Positions 42,201 to 56,145 of a stretch of DNA of 64,000 nucleotides are shown in pieces (position 1 is the first letter of the stretch; each line of letters opens with the position of its first letter). Where the stretch lies: NCBI GenBank assembly GCA_040954595.2, contig CM082581.2, forward strand, positions 8,206,059 to 8,270,058, written 5' to 3'. The position numbers and the translations under genes were made by a program. This stretch comes from Balanoglossus misakiensis. Lineage: Eukaryota; Animalia; Hemichordata. The notes below the pieces were generated by a model, which saw only the letters and a list, made by a program, of their open reading frames with translations, ran no database searches and was not told where the DNA came from.

Positions 42201-45200
42201 ACGGGCTCCCAAAAGTCGCAAAATAATTCGCTAATAGGCCGGCAATCACTCATTCCCGGTGACGTGAAATCGAACTTAGCGAGAAAAAAAAGTTTTCTCT
42301 GACTTCGATTTGCTGTGTTGTACAGGGAGGAAGAATGGCGCGCTGGAAGGGCGGAGGGGGGGGGGCATCTAAATATCGTCTATCGGTTACTGGTAACTAA
42401 CTGAAGGCGAGGGCGGCGGGCTGACTTGTCCGTAAAGCCGTTGCGTCGGAGACGGAAAGTTGCCGTGCGTTTGTTGTCTGTTTGTCGCTCACAGCTAGTC
42501 GAACAGACAAAATGTTGCAGTGCACTAGCGCTGCAAGTGACACTAATCAAAGTCATCGATAACCAATCGCTTTTAAATGGAGACGAAAGGGGAGTTCTTT
42601 CGATTGTTACCGGGCTATCTTGGGTCCTTCGGGAACAAACTTAAAGGCCATTAATGCCTATCATTGTTGGACCTCGCCAGATCGCTGGAGCGGTGAAAAT
42701 GCAGCGATTTTCGGTCATTAATATCCTGTTGGCTTTGAGTTTTCCCGTTGACCTTATTCTCGACTGGACCATTATATGAAATATTACAAATTGCTATTGT
42801 AGGCCGAGAAACAGTTTACAACATCTTTTAAGGAACCTCGAGAATTGCTGGTTTTGAAAGTTGATAGATATTAGACGCTAAGGTCTTGCGCGTATAGTTA
42901 AACTATAAGAATGGGGGGGGGGCGACAACAACAGAAAAGTAGTACTGTAGCTTTTCACGGAGACACCAGTCGTCATTCTGACACAGACTGTGCCGCGACA
43001 ATCCCATCGACCGGCTTACACAACTTCCATTCTACTGCCGTTTCCACCTCATCTGCTGACGACAAATACATCGAAACATGCCAATAAAAGCCGAGAATTC
43101 CCACGCTGCTGCCAATTGTCCCCTCAAATCGTTGAGTCGGCCCGCGTGCTCGCCCTAACCTGAAAAACACTGATTTCTCCCATTGTACGATTTACATCGT
43201 CGATTTATTTCAAGAGGGGTGGGGGATTGGATATCGTGCGTAAGAAAAGGGACACGTATTGGTCAAGTTCTGTACAAAATGGCTGCAGAATCAGGCGGAT
43301 TTTACATACGCCTCCATGTGTGCAAACCGAATCTTTTGACATTAGGCAACATATAAAGAAAGAGCTGTTTATGGTCATGGCTTGTTCCGTCAAAACAAGG
43401 GAGCGATGCATTTTCTCCCTTTGTGAGGGGCGCGCTCTTGAAGTTGTGCGGGCGGGTGACCAAAAACAACCCAATTTCTGCGGAGGCTTTATCGTGTATC
43501 CTTTCATCACTACGTGACAGCAGAGATAAGCCGCCACAAAAGTGGCACGAAGGAGTTTCTGGTTTTGTACCAGTGTTTTAACAGTGTACTCACTGGGAAC
43601 ACAAAAGAAATGAAAGCAAAGGAGCTCATCTTGAAGTGACGTTTTCAATAGAACTAATTGACAAGCTCTTGGCAATTAAAACGTAAGCTCCGAGACTTTG
43701 GGACGCTTAGTGAAACAACAATTGTTAGCATGGCCCATTAGCCTCTTAGAGGCACTTGACTTCAAGAATAGGAATGGTTTTGCTGGATAAGTGTCTTTAT
43801 TTAAAAGATTCGCAATTGTTTCCTTGAAAATCATGTCACAATCAGTCTCATTGATAAGTATGTATCTCTTATATATATTTTACTTGATATATACTGATAT
43901 AATAGATATATCATATATCATACATCATATACATCATACATACAGAAACACAGATAGACAGACACACAGACGAACAAACAAATAAGTAAACAAACACAAG
44001 AAAAATACAAATAAAAAACGAACAACAAACAAACAAACGGGAGTTAAATCAGAGACTCCAAGTGACCAGAACATTGTTTGAAGGGCCTCGTGATTAAAAA
44101 TACTTCAACCAGACGAGATCGTCGGTGAAGCACATGTCATTATTGGCGAAGCGATTAAAGCGTACACTTGTTGGCTCTGGTCTCTGTGTTCGGCAATTTT
44201 CGAAATCGACTTTGCTCAAGGAGCGCCACTAAAATGTCACTTGTGTTTCCTTCACAGTTTTACCTCTCGCTCTCTCTCTCTCTCTTCAAGATAAGTAGAA
44301 AATGAACGTTAACTTGACTCCCGTCAATTGGGGGACGATAATTGCAACTAGAGGGCATGTTTTCATGGTTTACCCTCAAATAATTGTAATTACAGACCGT
44401 CCACACAATAATTATCTCCTATTGTTCAACGCGCATTCAGCTAATAGATTTCTACATCCTGGAGCAGAATCCCATCGTCGGTTAACATTGAAGTGTGCCA
44501 CCCTTTGCTTCGTCATGTACGCTGTGCACGTATACAGTTTCCTGAATGGTGTGTGTCTTAGGGGAGGAGAGATTTTTTTCGCCGATGCGTGTACAAGTAT
44601 ACCCGTGCAGCGGTTGTATCTTCGACATAAACGTGATCGGCGGCCGGGAGCTCTCACTTTTTTGAGATTTTGATGATACCACCACTCCTGGTGGGGCTGT
44701 TACGCGTATAGGTACCTGATCTCGTGAAATTCGTGAGCTGTGTATGTACAGTTGTACACACTTGTGGGTGTTCGGTGCGTTTACGGCACTGTGGGGAGGA
44801 CGAGAAGAAGAAACAAAGTCGCAAATCACGAACAGATGGATCGGTAATTGCTGGGTTTTTTTTGCAGATTCGCTTTGAGTTGACCAACGTGAAAATTACA
44901 CACCGATTTGCATACCCCCTATCACACGTGCCCCGATTGTTCTTTTTTTCCCGAGACCCCACGTCGCCATGGTAACCACGGTGATGCTGATGGGGTTTGA
45001 TGAGACGGGTCATCATCGCGCCATTGTTGGAGAGAGAAATCACTCAAGAAGCAGGCAAATGAGCCATTAGAGGACTGGCAGCATCCGTAACACACTTCGC
45101 AACAAATTAATTAGCGATATTTCAGCAGATTACACCGCCTAATCCGCTAGATGGGGTGAAAATTTGTCATTTCCCTTACTAGCAGCTTTTTTCTCCCCCA

Positions 45201-47373
45201 ATCTAATTATCCGCAGATAGCTTTCTGAAGAAGTAACAGTTTGTCACCATTAAGTCCGTGTCAAAAATTAAGCTGCGGCGACGTTTTCGCACGCCTCCGC
45301 CCTACCGCACAGACAGTGACACATCTCATCAAAGACGAGGACCAAAAAATCAATTGAAACAAGAAATTAATCAACCGGTGTGGAACTTTTTGATTCACTT
45401 TCCGAGTGACGAGGAGGTGTACCGGATTTCGCGGTCGATTGTTTCAAGAGCGCCAAGCGAACAACAACCGCCCTACCCCCATGAAATACTTCGAGAAGCG
45501 ATCTTTTGTCTTGTCGTGGTAAAAGACCAAGTTTTTTTTATTTATGTGTAAACTTGTCTAGACACAGTACTGCCAAGCAGAATGATTAATGCGAGGGCCG
45601 CATTGTCTTACGGCAAACCGGCGGCGTCAGCGTCGATTTTCACTGTCGTCTGTCCTCTACGGTGGCATAATTTTGAACTTGAGAAGCTTTCCTCCTTTCA
45701 TTACGGAGAGAGTATATTTGCCGGCAGGGGAGTTTACTCTGAACGCCATTTCATCAACTTGAGAAGCATCGCCTTGTTTTCGTGGAAGCGGTAGTCGCCG
45801 CCCGTGCCTTACAGCGACTCTTTAGACGTTCTTCCCAGCGAGGAAAAAGACAACATTTCCTTCAACAAAAAAGCTCACACAACTACAACAAGTTGTTGGT
45901 CGTTGTGGCTGTAAGTTGTCCGAGAACAAACCGACATTGAAGAGATCATTTTGATGACATCCTATTATATCATAGTATGTCTCTCCGGTGCCAATCAAGC
46001 GACTTCAAGTTGACAAGATAAACTTGCTGTCACCATCACTCGGTCACACAAAAACGTCCGAGTAGACCCCATTGCCTTAGACGATGCACACTCACTCGGT
46101 CTTTTTAAAAATAAATCACCTCGTTGAGCGTTTCCAATTTTTGAACGGAAATCCTTGCAAATTTTCATTCAGTGTCGACTAACGGAATATACTGGTCTGC
46201 ATCAGTTAACAGATAAGATCACACTGAGAGTCTAAGGAACCATGTACTGTCTGAATTACCGTGTACCATTAAATAATTAAAGGTACAACGCACGGAAATG
46301 GTTGCTCAATAGCTGTGTCGTGTTCGCGGGAAAATAAAACATGCAAGCCACCCTTACAAAGATGTTTGGTATAATATAAAACTCCTTTTTCTCGATCGGT
46401 TCAATTTTAGCCTCGTGTTCACAAACAGGGCCGAATGTCGTGGCGATGTCTGTCTGTCAGTCTGTCTGTCAGTCTGTCATGGTCTGTCGAAAAATATGAA
46501 GTCACGCAGCAGTCGAATCAACTGAGCATATACCATTCACATCAATCCGTGCGTTTGCGTTTGAGAAACCCCCGTTGAATGGATATTCGCACTGCGTATA
46601 AAATCAAAACTATTTAGACGAGAGATTTATTGGCTTAAATTGAAATATTTGATTGCAACAACAAAAACGGCAGTCACTGGAGGCAGCCGCGAGTTTCGAA
46701 ACACAATGCGTCAGCAATTTCACGCAGATAATCATTTTGAACAACTTGTAAATATTTCGACAGATGTTTCTTGTCATCTGATGAGGGGGGAAATGACTGC
46801 CTGTGTGAACGGACGATTTTAATGCAGAGATGATTTCGTCACTGGCGACAGAAGTCGGCGCGGCAGCTCCATATTGAATTGCATTGATTAACGCGGACAG
46901 TTCCAACGATTTTTATCGATTTTTGTTCATTTTTTTCGTGCGCGACAGGCGGCTTGAAATTGACTGACTGATACAAGTAGAAATCGAGGTCTTCTTTTTT
47001 TTCATCAACTCGATGTTACTCGCATCGGTCGAGGTTAGGGAGTATCAGTTTAAAAAGATCAACACTCTACAAAGATGCCTGGAGGTCGAGAGATGTGAAC
47101 ATGCACTACAATCGCACTACATGCCTTTTAAAATGCAAGAGCGTAGCATCTGCGGTCTCCTTCATCGACACACAGACGCATATCAGGATGTCGCGTGTGG
47201 TTTAAACTTTCGAAGCGACGGTGAGGAGGAAGTTTGCTGCCTCGATATGCACATGTTGCGTTCACAAACACCCAACAAGTGAAATGAGGTTTTACAATGC
47301 ACACAGTGGCAAACATTTGTCATTACTTTTATAAACTTTGATATCACATGTGGTGAGCATACTTGCCTCCCCT

Positions 47374-47472
47374 TTGATCCTTTCGCTGCACCCAAGCCTC
47401 CTCCCCCCGGGAATCCAACTTTACCATAAAAAACAATGGATTTGGACCTATCCATGGTGGTGAAAGGGTTAA
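47374..47472. mobile_element. Short piggyBac-like (TTAA-CCC) MITE remnant
   Basis: Right end GGTGAAAGGGTTAA; left end TTGATCCTTTCGC matches its reverse complement TTAACCCTTTCAC at 10/13 positions. Confidence 0.4.
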
Positions 47473-48159
47473 GCCCGGATTAGAAAGTCAGGGATATCTA
47501 CACTGGCCGTTCTCGGATTTTTTTTTTCACGAGCAGAATACGAGGCGTTTCCTTTAGAGGAAAATAAATAATAAAAGACACTTACAATAGCAAAACTAAT
47601 TCTTGTTTATGGCTATAGTGATATACAATAATTCCAATACGATGGCGATCCCAAGGCATGGAAATAAAACTTGTACAACAGACAGAAAATTCAAGATAAG
47701 ACAGAGAATAGGAGAGTATTTTTAGAAAAGGGATTATTCATAAAGAGTTTCGCGTCGTGTCGAAAAAATGGGGGTGTCGGACAATATATGTAAATAGTGT
47801 TTAATATACATTTAAAAAATCTACAATATAAAACGTGTTCGTGGAAATAAATGATTGTCATTTTGTTAATCGAAGTATCCTAAATTGTCAGTCGTCAGGC
47901 CTCCCATCTCATTCAACTTCTTGGTACAACACAAAGTGATGACGTCATAATTTTGCGCATTTAGCCAATGATTGGTGAATGAACTGGTGTAGTTAACAGA
48001 CGGTAACTTATCACATTCTACGCACGTTTACAGCGAAGATCGTTCGCACGGTATGTCCATCGATATCTGTAGATGTACAGCACTTCAATAATGCTGCAAG
48101 AATAGTGGGGTTTAGTCTTATGCGCATGCGTAGTACCGTCAGGTGTGTCATGTATTTGT

Positions 48160-48243
48160 CTCTGTCTGTCTGTCTGTCTGTTCGTCCGTCCGTCTGTTCG
48201 CCTGCCTGTCTGTCTGTATGTATGTCCGTATGTTTGTTTGTCT
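48160..48243. repeat. Degenerate (TCTG)n repeat
   Basis: Directly visible. Confidence 0.8.
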
Positions 48244-51200
48244 ATATAATGTGCGCTTTACATCCCAAATATAATATGTATGATTTAAGTACATTGTAAT
48301 ACAATCTAAAGCATTCTAGAAGACTTTCGACTCTCAGTACAGGTCTGACGGTAATGCTCCATCACCAACAGATTACCTATAAATCTCCCCGTTTCTCAAG
48401 CTACAGCATGTCCCTCTTAGAATCCAATCTACTCCCTCGATTTACGCTTTTATAAACAAGTTAAATCCTTAACGACAGTGCAATAATACTGAAAAGGTAA
48501 GAGACTGATCGCAGATAACGACTCAAATAAGACTGCACTTGGCATCACAATTCACAAGTTGACGATTTCAAGATATATGTTGATGGGTGATGATCAAATC
48601 GCCAAGTTCATTATCAGCATTGTTTTTATCATGTTTCTTCGACAGAGAGATTGATATTCAGGGTTGGGATTATTGAATAAAATCAATATGTCACGGGATT
48701 AACTTGGCAGTTACGAGGCTTTGAAATACACAAACTTCACTCCACCCGATCAGACTAAAATTCTGCAGTTGGATCGTCCACACGCGTATTATATATTTAA
48801 TCTGTGTCTTGAAACGTTACATTTATATGTTTTGAATATAATTCAACCACGGTGGATATTGACTGAGCGTTTTGTTTGTATTTGGAACTTCTAATGGCCG
48901 TCGACAGATCATTTTTTATCAGTACTTTTGAATTATTTAGATTGTCACTCCGACATATTTTTTTTTAATTTGTACATATAGCATTGTTCAGATATACCTA
49001 GTAAATACATGTTTTTATATACCGGTGTATATAATATTCGTTGCTATTCTAATAAACTGAAACATATTTTCATTCCGTATGTTAATGATTCTCATGACAG
49101 CACTGAAATACCGATGAATAGAGCTGTTTAGTGCGGACGGTTAAACAATTTAATCATCGATTGTAAGAAATAACATGGCATAAACCACAATGCAATATGA
49201 AAACAATGGCACATTGTCGCTGGAGTATTGGGCGAGGAAACAAAACATAACGCGTTAAGTGATGTTGCACAGAGTGGAATCCGGCAGGTGTTGATGTTTT
49301 GGTAACAACATACTTAAACATCACAAGTGTTTTAATGACATGCAGTACAAACTAACGCACAAATAAGCCCGGTTCTGTTACCCAGACGTTTAATCAGTGG
49401 AGACATTTTGTGGCATCGGCGCAGTGATCAGGACGGCGATACAACACGAGCGATAACCGTGGCACAGCGTTGACAAGGTGCATGTTACGCCGGGACCGGT
49501 TGAGATGCGGCGATATGAGGGGGATGCATGATAAGTCTTGATGCACTGAGATACGATTGAACCAGAAAAGACGAGAAGAAAAACCCACACCAAAAGCCCC
49601 AGTATTGACGACTGGCTACTATAATTACCGCCGAGGGCGAACTCGACTGAGACCCAACTAGATTGAAAGTTGATGGAGACTAAACAGAAATTTCCTCGAG
49701 CTCAGATCAGTTATCGCATCAAATAGTACACAGGATTGATCGAAAAGAGGATGACAAAAGGGGGAAGAAATAAGGCGATCAGCGCAAGCAGACGGAATCC
49801 TACCCGATCGAAGTCCACCAAAGACGCTGAGAGATTATAACAAAACTCCCCACTCATCGTCGTGTAGCTTTTCCCTGACAGCGCACGGTCATCAATTATT
49901 AAATTTAATTTTGTGTTTTACTGTGTTAAGTGAAGTAGTCCCGGTTGTAATCTGGCTCCGAGGTTTGGACTTATTATCAATAAATTAAGAAACAAAGACG
50001 AGGAACAACGGGGTTTTGGATCATCCTGAAAGGGAATTTATTAAAGTGGTTTCCAGTTTTTTTTTTTGCCCCATTCGACTATTATGGACTGTATAGCTCT
50101 TCTTAACCCGATTATTGCTTGAAACGATCTCAAAATCACAGCTGCTTCTTCGAATACAAGTAGCTGTAGCGATGCGGCTCCCGGAGCGGCTGCATCGCAT
50201 TGGTAAATGGCGGGAAAACACTGTTGCACAATACCAAGGCAAAAAAAATGTCTGACCGGTGACGTTTATATGTGCGCGCGCGCGTGGTGGTGGGAAACTT
50301 CTCAAACTCACAGTTGGCCTTTCAGAGACCCACCTGGTGAACCTCTTTCCGCTTCGTGCAGTCGTTCTGGGCGTTAAGGGGCATAGCTGATGAGACATGT
50401 TATTTACCAACCTGTTATCACCCACCCACATCCAATTGATTTTTATTTTTCTCCTTTAAAACGTATACGTTGTATACGAATTGAACTATATGTAATAATT
50501 GATGGTTGAATCCGTTTAAAAGATAAAATGACTGAATTTAACTGAATATTTTTTGCCTCCTGACAAAAATCATTTTCGGGGGGGGGGGGTTCCAACCATT
50601 CCCCATTTAGAAGATTTTTCACGGCTTCGGCGGGCAAGGTCACTGCAGACCTCGAAATTTTCAACAAACCCTCGGACGTTGAAATAAAATATAAATATTG
50701 ACGAGGCGTTTTTTTATCCTTTCGAGTATCACATGCCGCTGCCATCGTGGCGCGGCGACTGCGCGGGAACACCGTCGGCGTGCGTCCTATACGTCAGCAC
50801 TAACTTAAAGATGACGCCACGCCCGAACAACAGAAAATTGGACAATTGCAGGTGAAACTCTCAGAGTTGTACTGACATGCAGATAAAAGGACGAATAAAA
50901 TTGAAATATCGCATTGACGACACAAAGAATATTTCAGTCTGTTTAATTTCGCCGCGTAATGGAAAGATAACCCCGGATTTTGTTACCCGAAGCCAGAGAG
51001 AAGGGGGCCACATATCTAATTCATGAGGACGGGTCGTTTCTTTGTCCCGTTTCATTTGTCAGAAGTCTCGGCTCACTGCGACCGACCGCCTAGATGCCGA
51101 TTTGCACTAACACACGGCAACGCACACGTACGGAACTACGGATTATCAGGAGGCATTAACACTAATACCGGTCATTAATTTTTCATTTGGCAAACATTTC

Positions 51201-54200
51201 CCTTCAATTATACATAACACAGGAGCCGGAGATCAAATCAACATCAAAGTTTTAGCTTCTCCCGTTGAATCGCCGCAATAAAGTCAAATAGAGGAGCCCA
51301 AGTCGAAGTATTTCAATCACCATTCAGAAATCTTGATAAGACATAATGCGTATCGCTGTGTTATTGGCGAGGCAAGAACTTAAAGTGTGCAATATTTTAT
51401 GAGAAATCCTCTTAAAGCGTATCTTGATTTATTTTTCATTACCCGGGACATAGATACGAGTACAAGTCTTTTAAATCAGTGGCATGCATAATACAACTGT
51501 AATCTCGGGTAATTTTCGTATTTTGGAATAATGATTTCCCTCAGGTACAATATGTGGCATTGCAATTACTACAAATTGACTTTTCCCAAATAGCGATTGT
51601 TCATATTTTATGTACTTATATTTCTTTGCCCCGCGTGTGATTTTGCAAATTCATCTATTGAAAAGCAGCAATGGAGCCGGTGTGTTGCAGATTATCGGGG
51701 GGAAAACTGGAAATTGGAACGATATCACAGTGAATTCCTTTCGGAAATTAACAAGGAGAAGTGAAAATAAATGACTGGTTTAATCTATGATATACGGCGC
51801 GACTCTGACACGTCTGTCCTCCGGGGCGCGTTGCCGTAAAGTTGCATGATTGTACACCGACTTTCTAAAACTACTAAGGCTATATTAATTAGACTGTGGC
51901 TCTCTCGTGTTAAAGGACTGCGTTTTGACAAACACGTACGCTTAATAGGAGTGTCTTTATGGGGGCATCGATCCCCCCTAGAGTAAAAACAAATGAAATG
52001 ATAATATATAACGACGCGACCCATCCTGCGTAGCAATGGATGGGTGATAAATCGCTATTTCTTTACTGCCCCTCGTTAGCGGGGATTTTCTCCGTGGCGC
52101 AGTGAAATTGATAAAATGAATGATCTACCTATATGCTATATAGTGTAGGTTGCTTTGTGATTGGGCAGATAATCGACCGTTTCAGATGTGCAAGAAAGAA
52201 ACAATTTGTCCGGGAACGAAATCGACGCAAAATATCCATGTACTTAGCGGGCCTGAATGGCCGTGGCTGTCTATCGACAACGGAACTGACACGAATGGGG
52301 GTTATTTCTTCAGTTATATCCTGACCTAGTGAAAAAAGAATATATTAAAAGTGGATATACGGACCATAACAATTAATAGGTTCTTTTGGGCCTATTTAGG
52401 GGTTACGTTGTTATTGGGAAATGTGCCGACCAGCTTGACGGTAGCTATGACCACCTGTTGGCTTGGCTCACGCGCAAACTGCATCCGATGTTTGCCATCA
52501 AATTGGCTGTTGACATTACTCGAGTGGGTCATTTCCCAGCGGAGCTGTTGGAGATCGGCGGATTTTATGTTCAATGCACTGGGAGGATGTACTCCGCCAG
52601 CAGATTGTCATCGCCGCGATGTCGATGCAGCTTCCACGCAGTCAGTCGCGTGGTCGTCTCCGATCGCTGACGACGAAGTCAAACTGTCTGCGCGGAATTG
52701 GAATTTCGACCGACCGGGCCGATCGATCGATTTCAGTGATCGAAACCAATCTTAAATTTAGTGGAGAGACTATGACCTTTAAATAAGATCTGTTTGGTTC
52801 CTCCACTTTTACAGTGACACTACAATGTAGATCGGGTGTGATATGGTAATGTTGTCTTGGGGGTCAGAGTTTCAGGTCAATTTTTTGTTACAACAGTCTC
52901 TCGCAGCTTGGTTTTCTGTATACACTCCAGCTATTTTTAGTCACTAGGTAATTTACACATCAAATTTTCCCGCATTTTATGTAAATCACCCCAACTGGTC
53001 AGTCTTACGTAACACCTACCATTCATTCAAAATCGCTGTCAGTTCCACTTAGGCTCTCGGCATGTTACGTCCATGCTCTCGGCAAGTGAGTACAGTGTTC
53101 CTTTACCTCCTATTCATCTTTGCGTATTTTAGTTTAAACCTCTTATTTTACACCATTTTTTATATCACTTATTGCAGCGTTTTGCAATGTACTGCAGCGT
53201 ATACGTTCAGTATTCAGTATTATTCTAAAGGCGATTAAATTGTAATAGCAGAGGCTCTCACACCTTTCTCCATGACTGACGAGTGTGAATGTGACATTTT
53301 ATGTCAAATGTTGATACAGTAGTAAGTTGAAAGTTTTGGGCTTTTAAATGTTAATAGTTCAGATTGAGTGGTTTAAAAGCTTACGCTGGTGACGAACAGA
53401 CATCGCTGCACATAAAAATAAGTCAACCGGAAAAGGTGGCACTGGATTGCTGCTCATATTCCCGTGAGAAGAATCAGCAAGTGTGAGAGGCAGCGTGGGG
53501 ACAAAGGCGAGGGGGAGGGAGGAGGCGGAGAGGAGGGATTGTACGGGGAGGTTTGAGGCGGGGGAATGGATGCACGGAGGTTGCAAGGTCAGCCAGGGGG
53601 TGGAGGGGGGGGGGGATTTTCAAAGCATGGGACGCATTGTCCCGTTTCATGTCCGCCATCGAGCGTCCTTTGCGGTCGTTTAAAGATTGATACTCCCTGC
53701 ACATACAATGAGCTCTAATTTGCCTCTTCTTTCGACGCAGGTTGAATTTTTCATCGGATTTTCCTTGAAGTCAGAGCCTGTTTTTGTTTCGTATTCAAGC
53801 CGGGAACGAGTAATAGAAAACGGAGAGGGATTCGGCACCGTGATATCGCGGCGAGGACTAACGGGCGACGAAGAGGCTAAATATCGGGGGCAAAGGTCAC
53901 CGTTAATAGTGATTACTCACGAGAGCAATGCAACGTGACGACAATTACGATACACGGTAGGATGTCGTTTATATGCCTTGAATCCGTGTAAGACGCAGAT
54001 AAACGGAGACCCTCTAACAGTCATGGTTCTACTTTCGAATTATTTTAATGAAAGTGACCGATGATCGTGAGCTTTACGTCACACTATCCTTGGTCTGAGT
54101 CGGAGGGGGTGGGGGGGGGGGGTGGGTTCAGAGAAATTGGAACGACTCTCCACGTGTCACCAAGCAACGTGAGACGTGAGTATAAAGCGCGTGCTCAAAC

Positions 54201-55670
54201 GAGTCCATGTTGGTTTGGCAGTGTTCAGTTAATTGCGGGAGTAGACAGCAGTTGTGAGGAACTCCGTTAACGTTTATAACAGTGAATAAATTTAAGGAAG
54301 TAGTCCAATAGATAGCCGAGAGCATCGTCCATAGTACACGGTTTGACCGCTTCTAACAAAAAACAAAATACTTAATTCTCTAAATATGTGTGCCATCTTG
54401 TGGGTCCACACTCTACTGTTGGATCATAAAATAACCATGAGCTTCACCATGACAGATCAACTCCTTAAACACAGCGCAAATATAGGATAAAGATCTTTCA
54501 AACGGTTAGACGCACTTGTAAACACACCACGGCAGATGTGGAGGCATACGATATCCTGGCCACAGTACACTCTACGTGCCCTGTCAAGTATGCTACCGAC
54601 GCCTGATGAAAGTAATCCCACTGTTTTTATTTTACAATGAATACAAACCATGGCATATCACACCTGTATAGAGTGGATAAAGTCGATTTTTTTACACGAC
54701 ATTGCTTGTTTTGTAAAAAGCAAAATTCCATAGGCGCAGAGATAGTACATGTAATACACTATGGGCACTGGTCATGTTTTCGCTGTTTGTATATTTTCGT
54801 TCTGTCAGTCTACGACGATTACCTGTCGAAATACTGGATACAAATAATTCTCTATATCGCATACTAGCCTAGCCATGTGTCTAGAAATTCTTCCTCAATT
54901 TCGATCGCCACAGGCGTGGTATTTTTGCGCACAATATCAGAAAACCGGCACCAACAAAAAATAATGGATTAAACAATACCGGGGCTGCATCTGGTCAAAC
55001 TTTTCAATCACTTCGCCACATTTGTCGCACAATGTAAGCCGGGCTTTTAGGCTTAATAAACAGTAGGCCGAGAAATCATTTCGATTGCTGTAAAGAACAT
55101 CACAGGGAAAAAAACGTAATCAACTTGAAATGTATATTTCTAACTGTGATGTCGATTTCCATGTCGATTGCTGGCGGCATTTCGTACATCGACAATAGTT
55201 GAAAGCATGCGTATAACAAAGAGAAGACACCGAAATTGACAACAGTCGGGCTTTGTACAATAAGTCGGCCATCTTCTTGAATTGGCATCTCGTCTCAAAT
55301 TGATTGCAAAAAAATTGAAACTTATCCAGTCTTCGGGCATTTCATTACGTTGAAATGCCGACTCAAATGGACTAGCAGAGCAAGACGGTAAAAAGGCAAA
55401 CAACGGCAGACGGCCGAATCTGACAAATATATTGATTAAAAACGTGTTGAATGGATATATAATCAAGACGACAGTCACTTTTTCGGCAAGCGGCGGTAAG
55501 TAAAACCAGCAAGGTGCGAACAAACGGCCGTGAAGGGTTACACGTTGAAAGAATTACGCGAAAGGCGCGTATACGCTTGGTTGGAATGTCATTAAAATGA
55601 AACTCAGTGGCGAAGTGGTGACGATCGTTCGCTAGCCAGCGTCCATGCAGTATCCCAGTGTAATTCAACA

Positions 55671-56145
55671 TTAAAGGGTCGTTGCCGCCAGTTTTGACAC
55701 GATTTGGACCGTATTTTAGTTTCGTACACCGAAGTCACTATTCTCCCATGGCATTGGACCAGAAACGGTGTTCAGTTTATGAATGTAACATTTATATGTG
55801 TAATGGCCGTTGTTATTGTTGACAAATGAATCCAAGCCTGGGCTTGATGCAATATTCAAAGATAATTCTGACTGAACTCAAATTAGTGGTGTTGATAAGC
55901 AAAATTCTAGTGATTTCATCATGGTTTAGTGTTTGAACATGAAAATTCAGTATATTAAGTATTTTTACAGAACAAAATGGCGAAAATAGCCAACATTTGA
56001 AGGCAATGGAGTTTTGAGATTAGTGTCTATACAATATGTTATGTTTCGTAAGCTTTAAGACAAGGCTACATATACCAACATTTAAATTTTTAATTGATAC
56101 CCGAAACGCATCAAATAATCCGCCATATGTTGCTGAACGCTTTAA
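55671..56145. mobile_element. Possible Kolobok-like non-autonomous DNA transposon remnant
   Basis: Bounded by TTAAAGGGT... and ...ACGCTTTAA (TTAA TSD-like, AG termini); AT-rich interior with a degenerate internal palindrome (CAAGCC/GGCTTG near 55840). Terminal similarity is short. Confidence 0.3.

Noticed and set aside
54216-54270. miR-34-like sequence TGGCAGTGT
   Set aside because: Only the seed region matches; the 3' half differs from miR-34 and the fold-back is weak, with many G-U pairs and mismatches.
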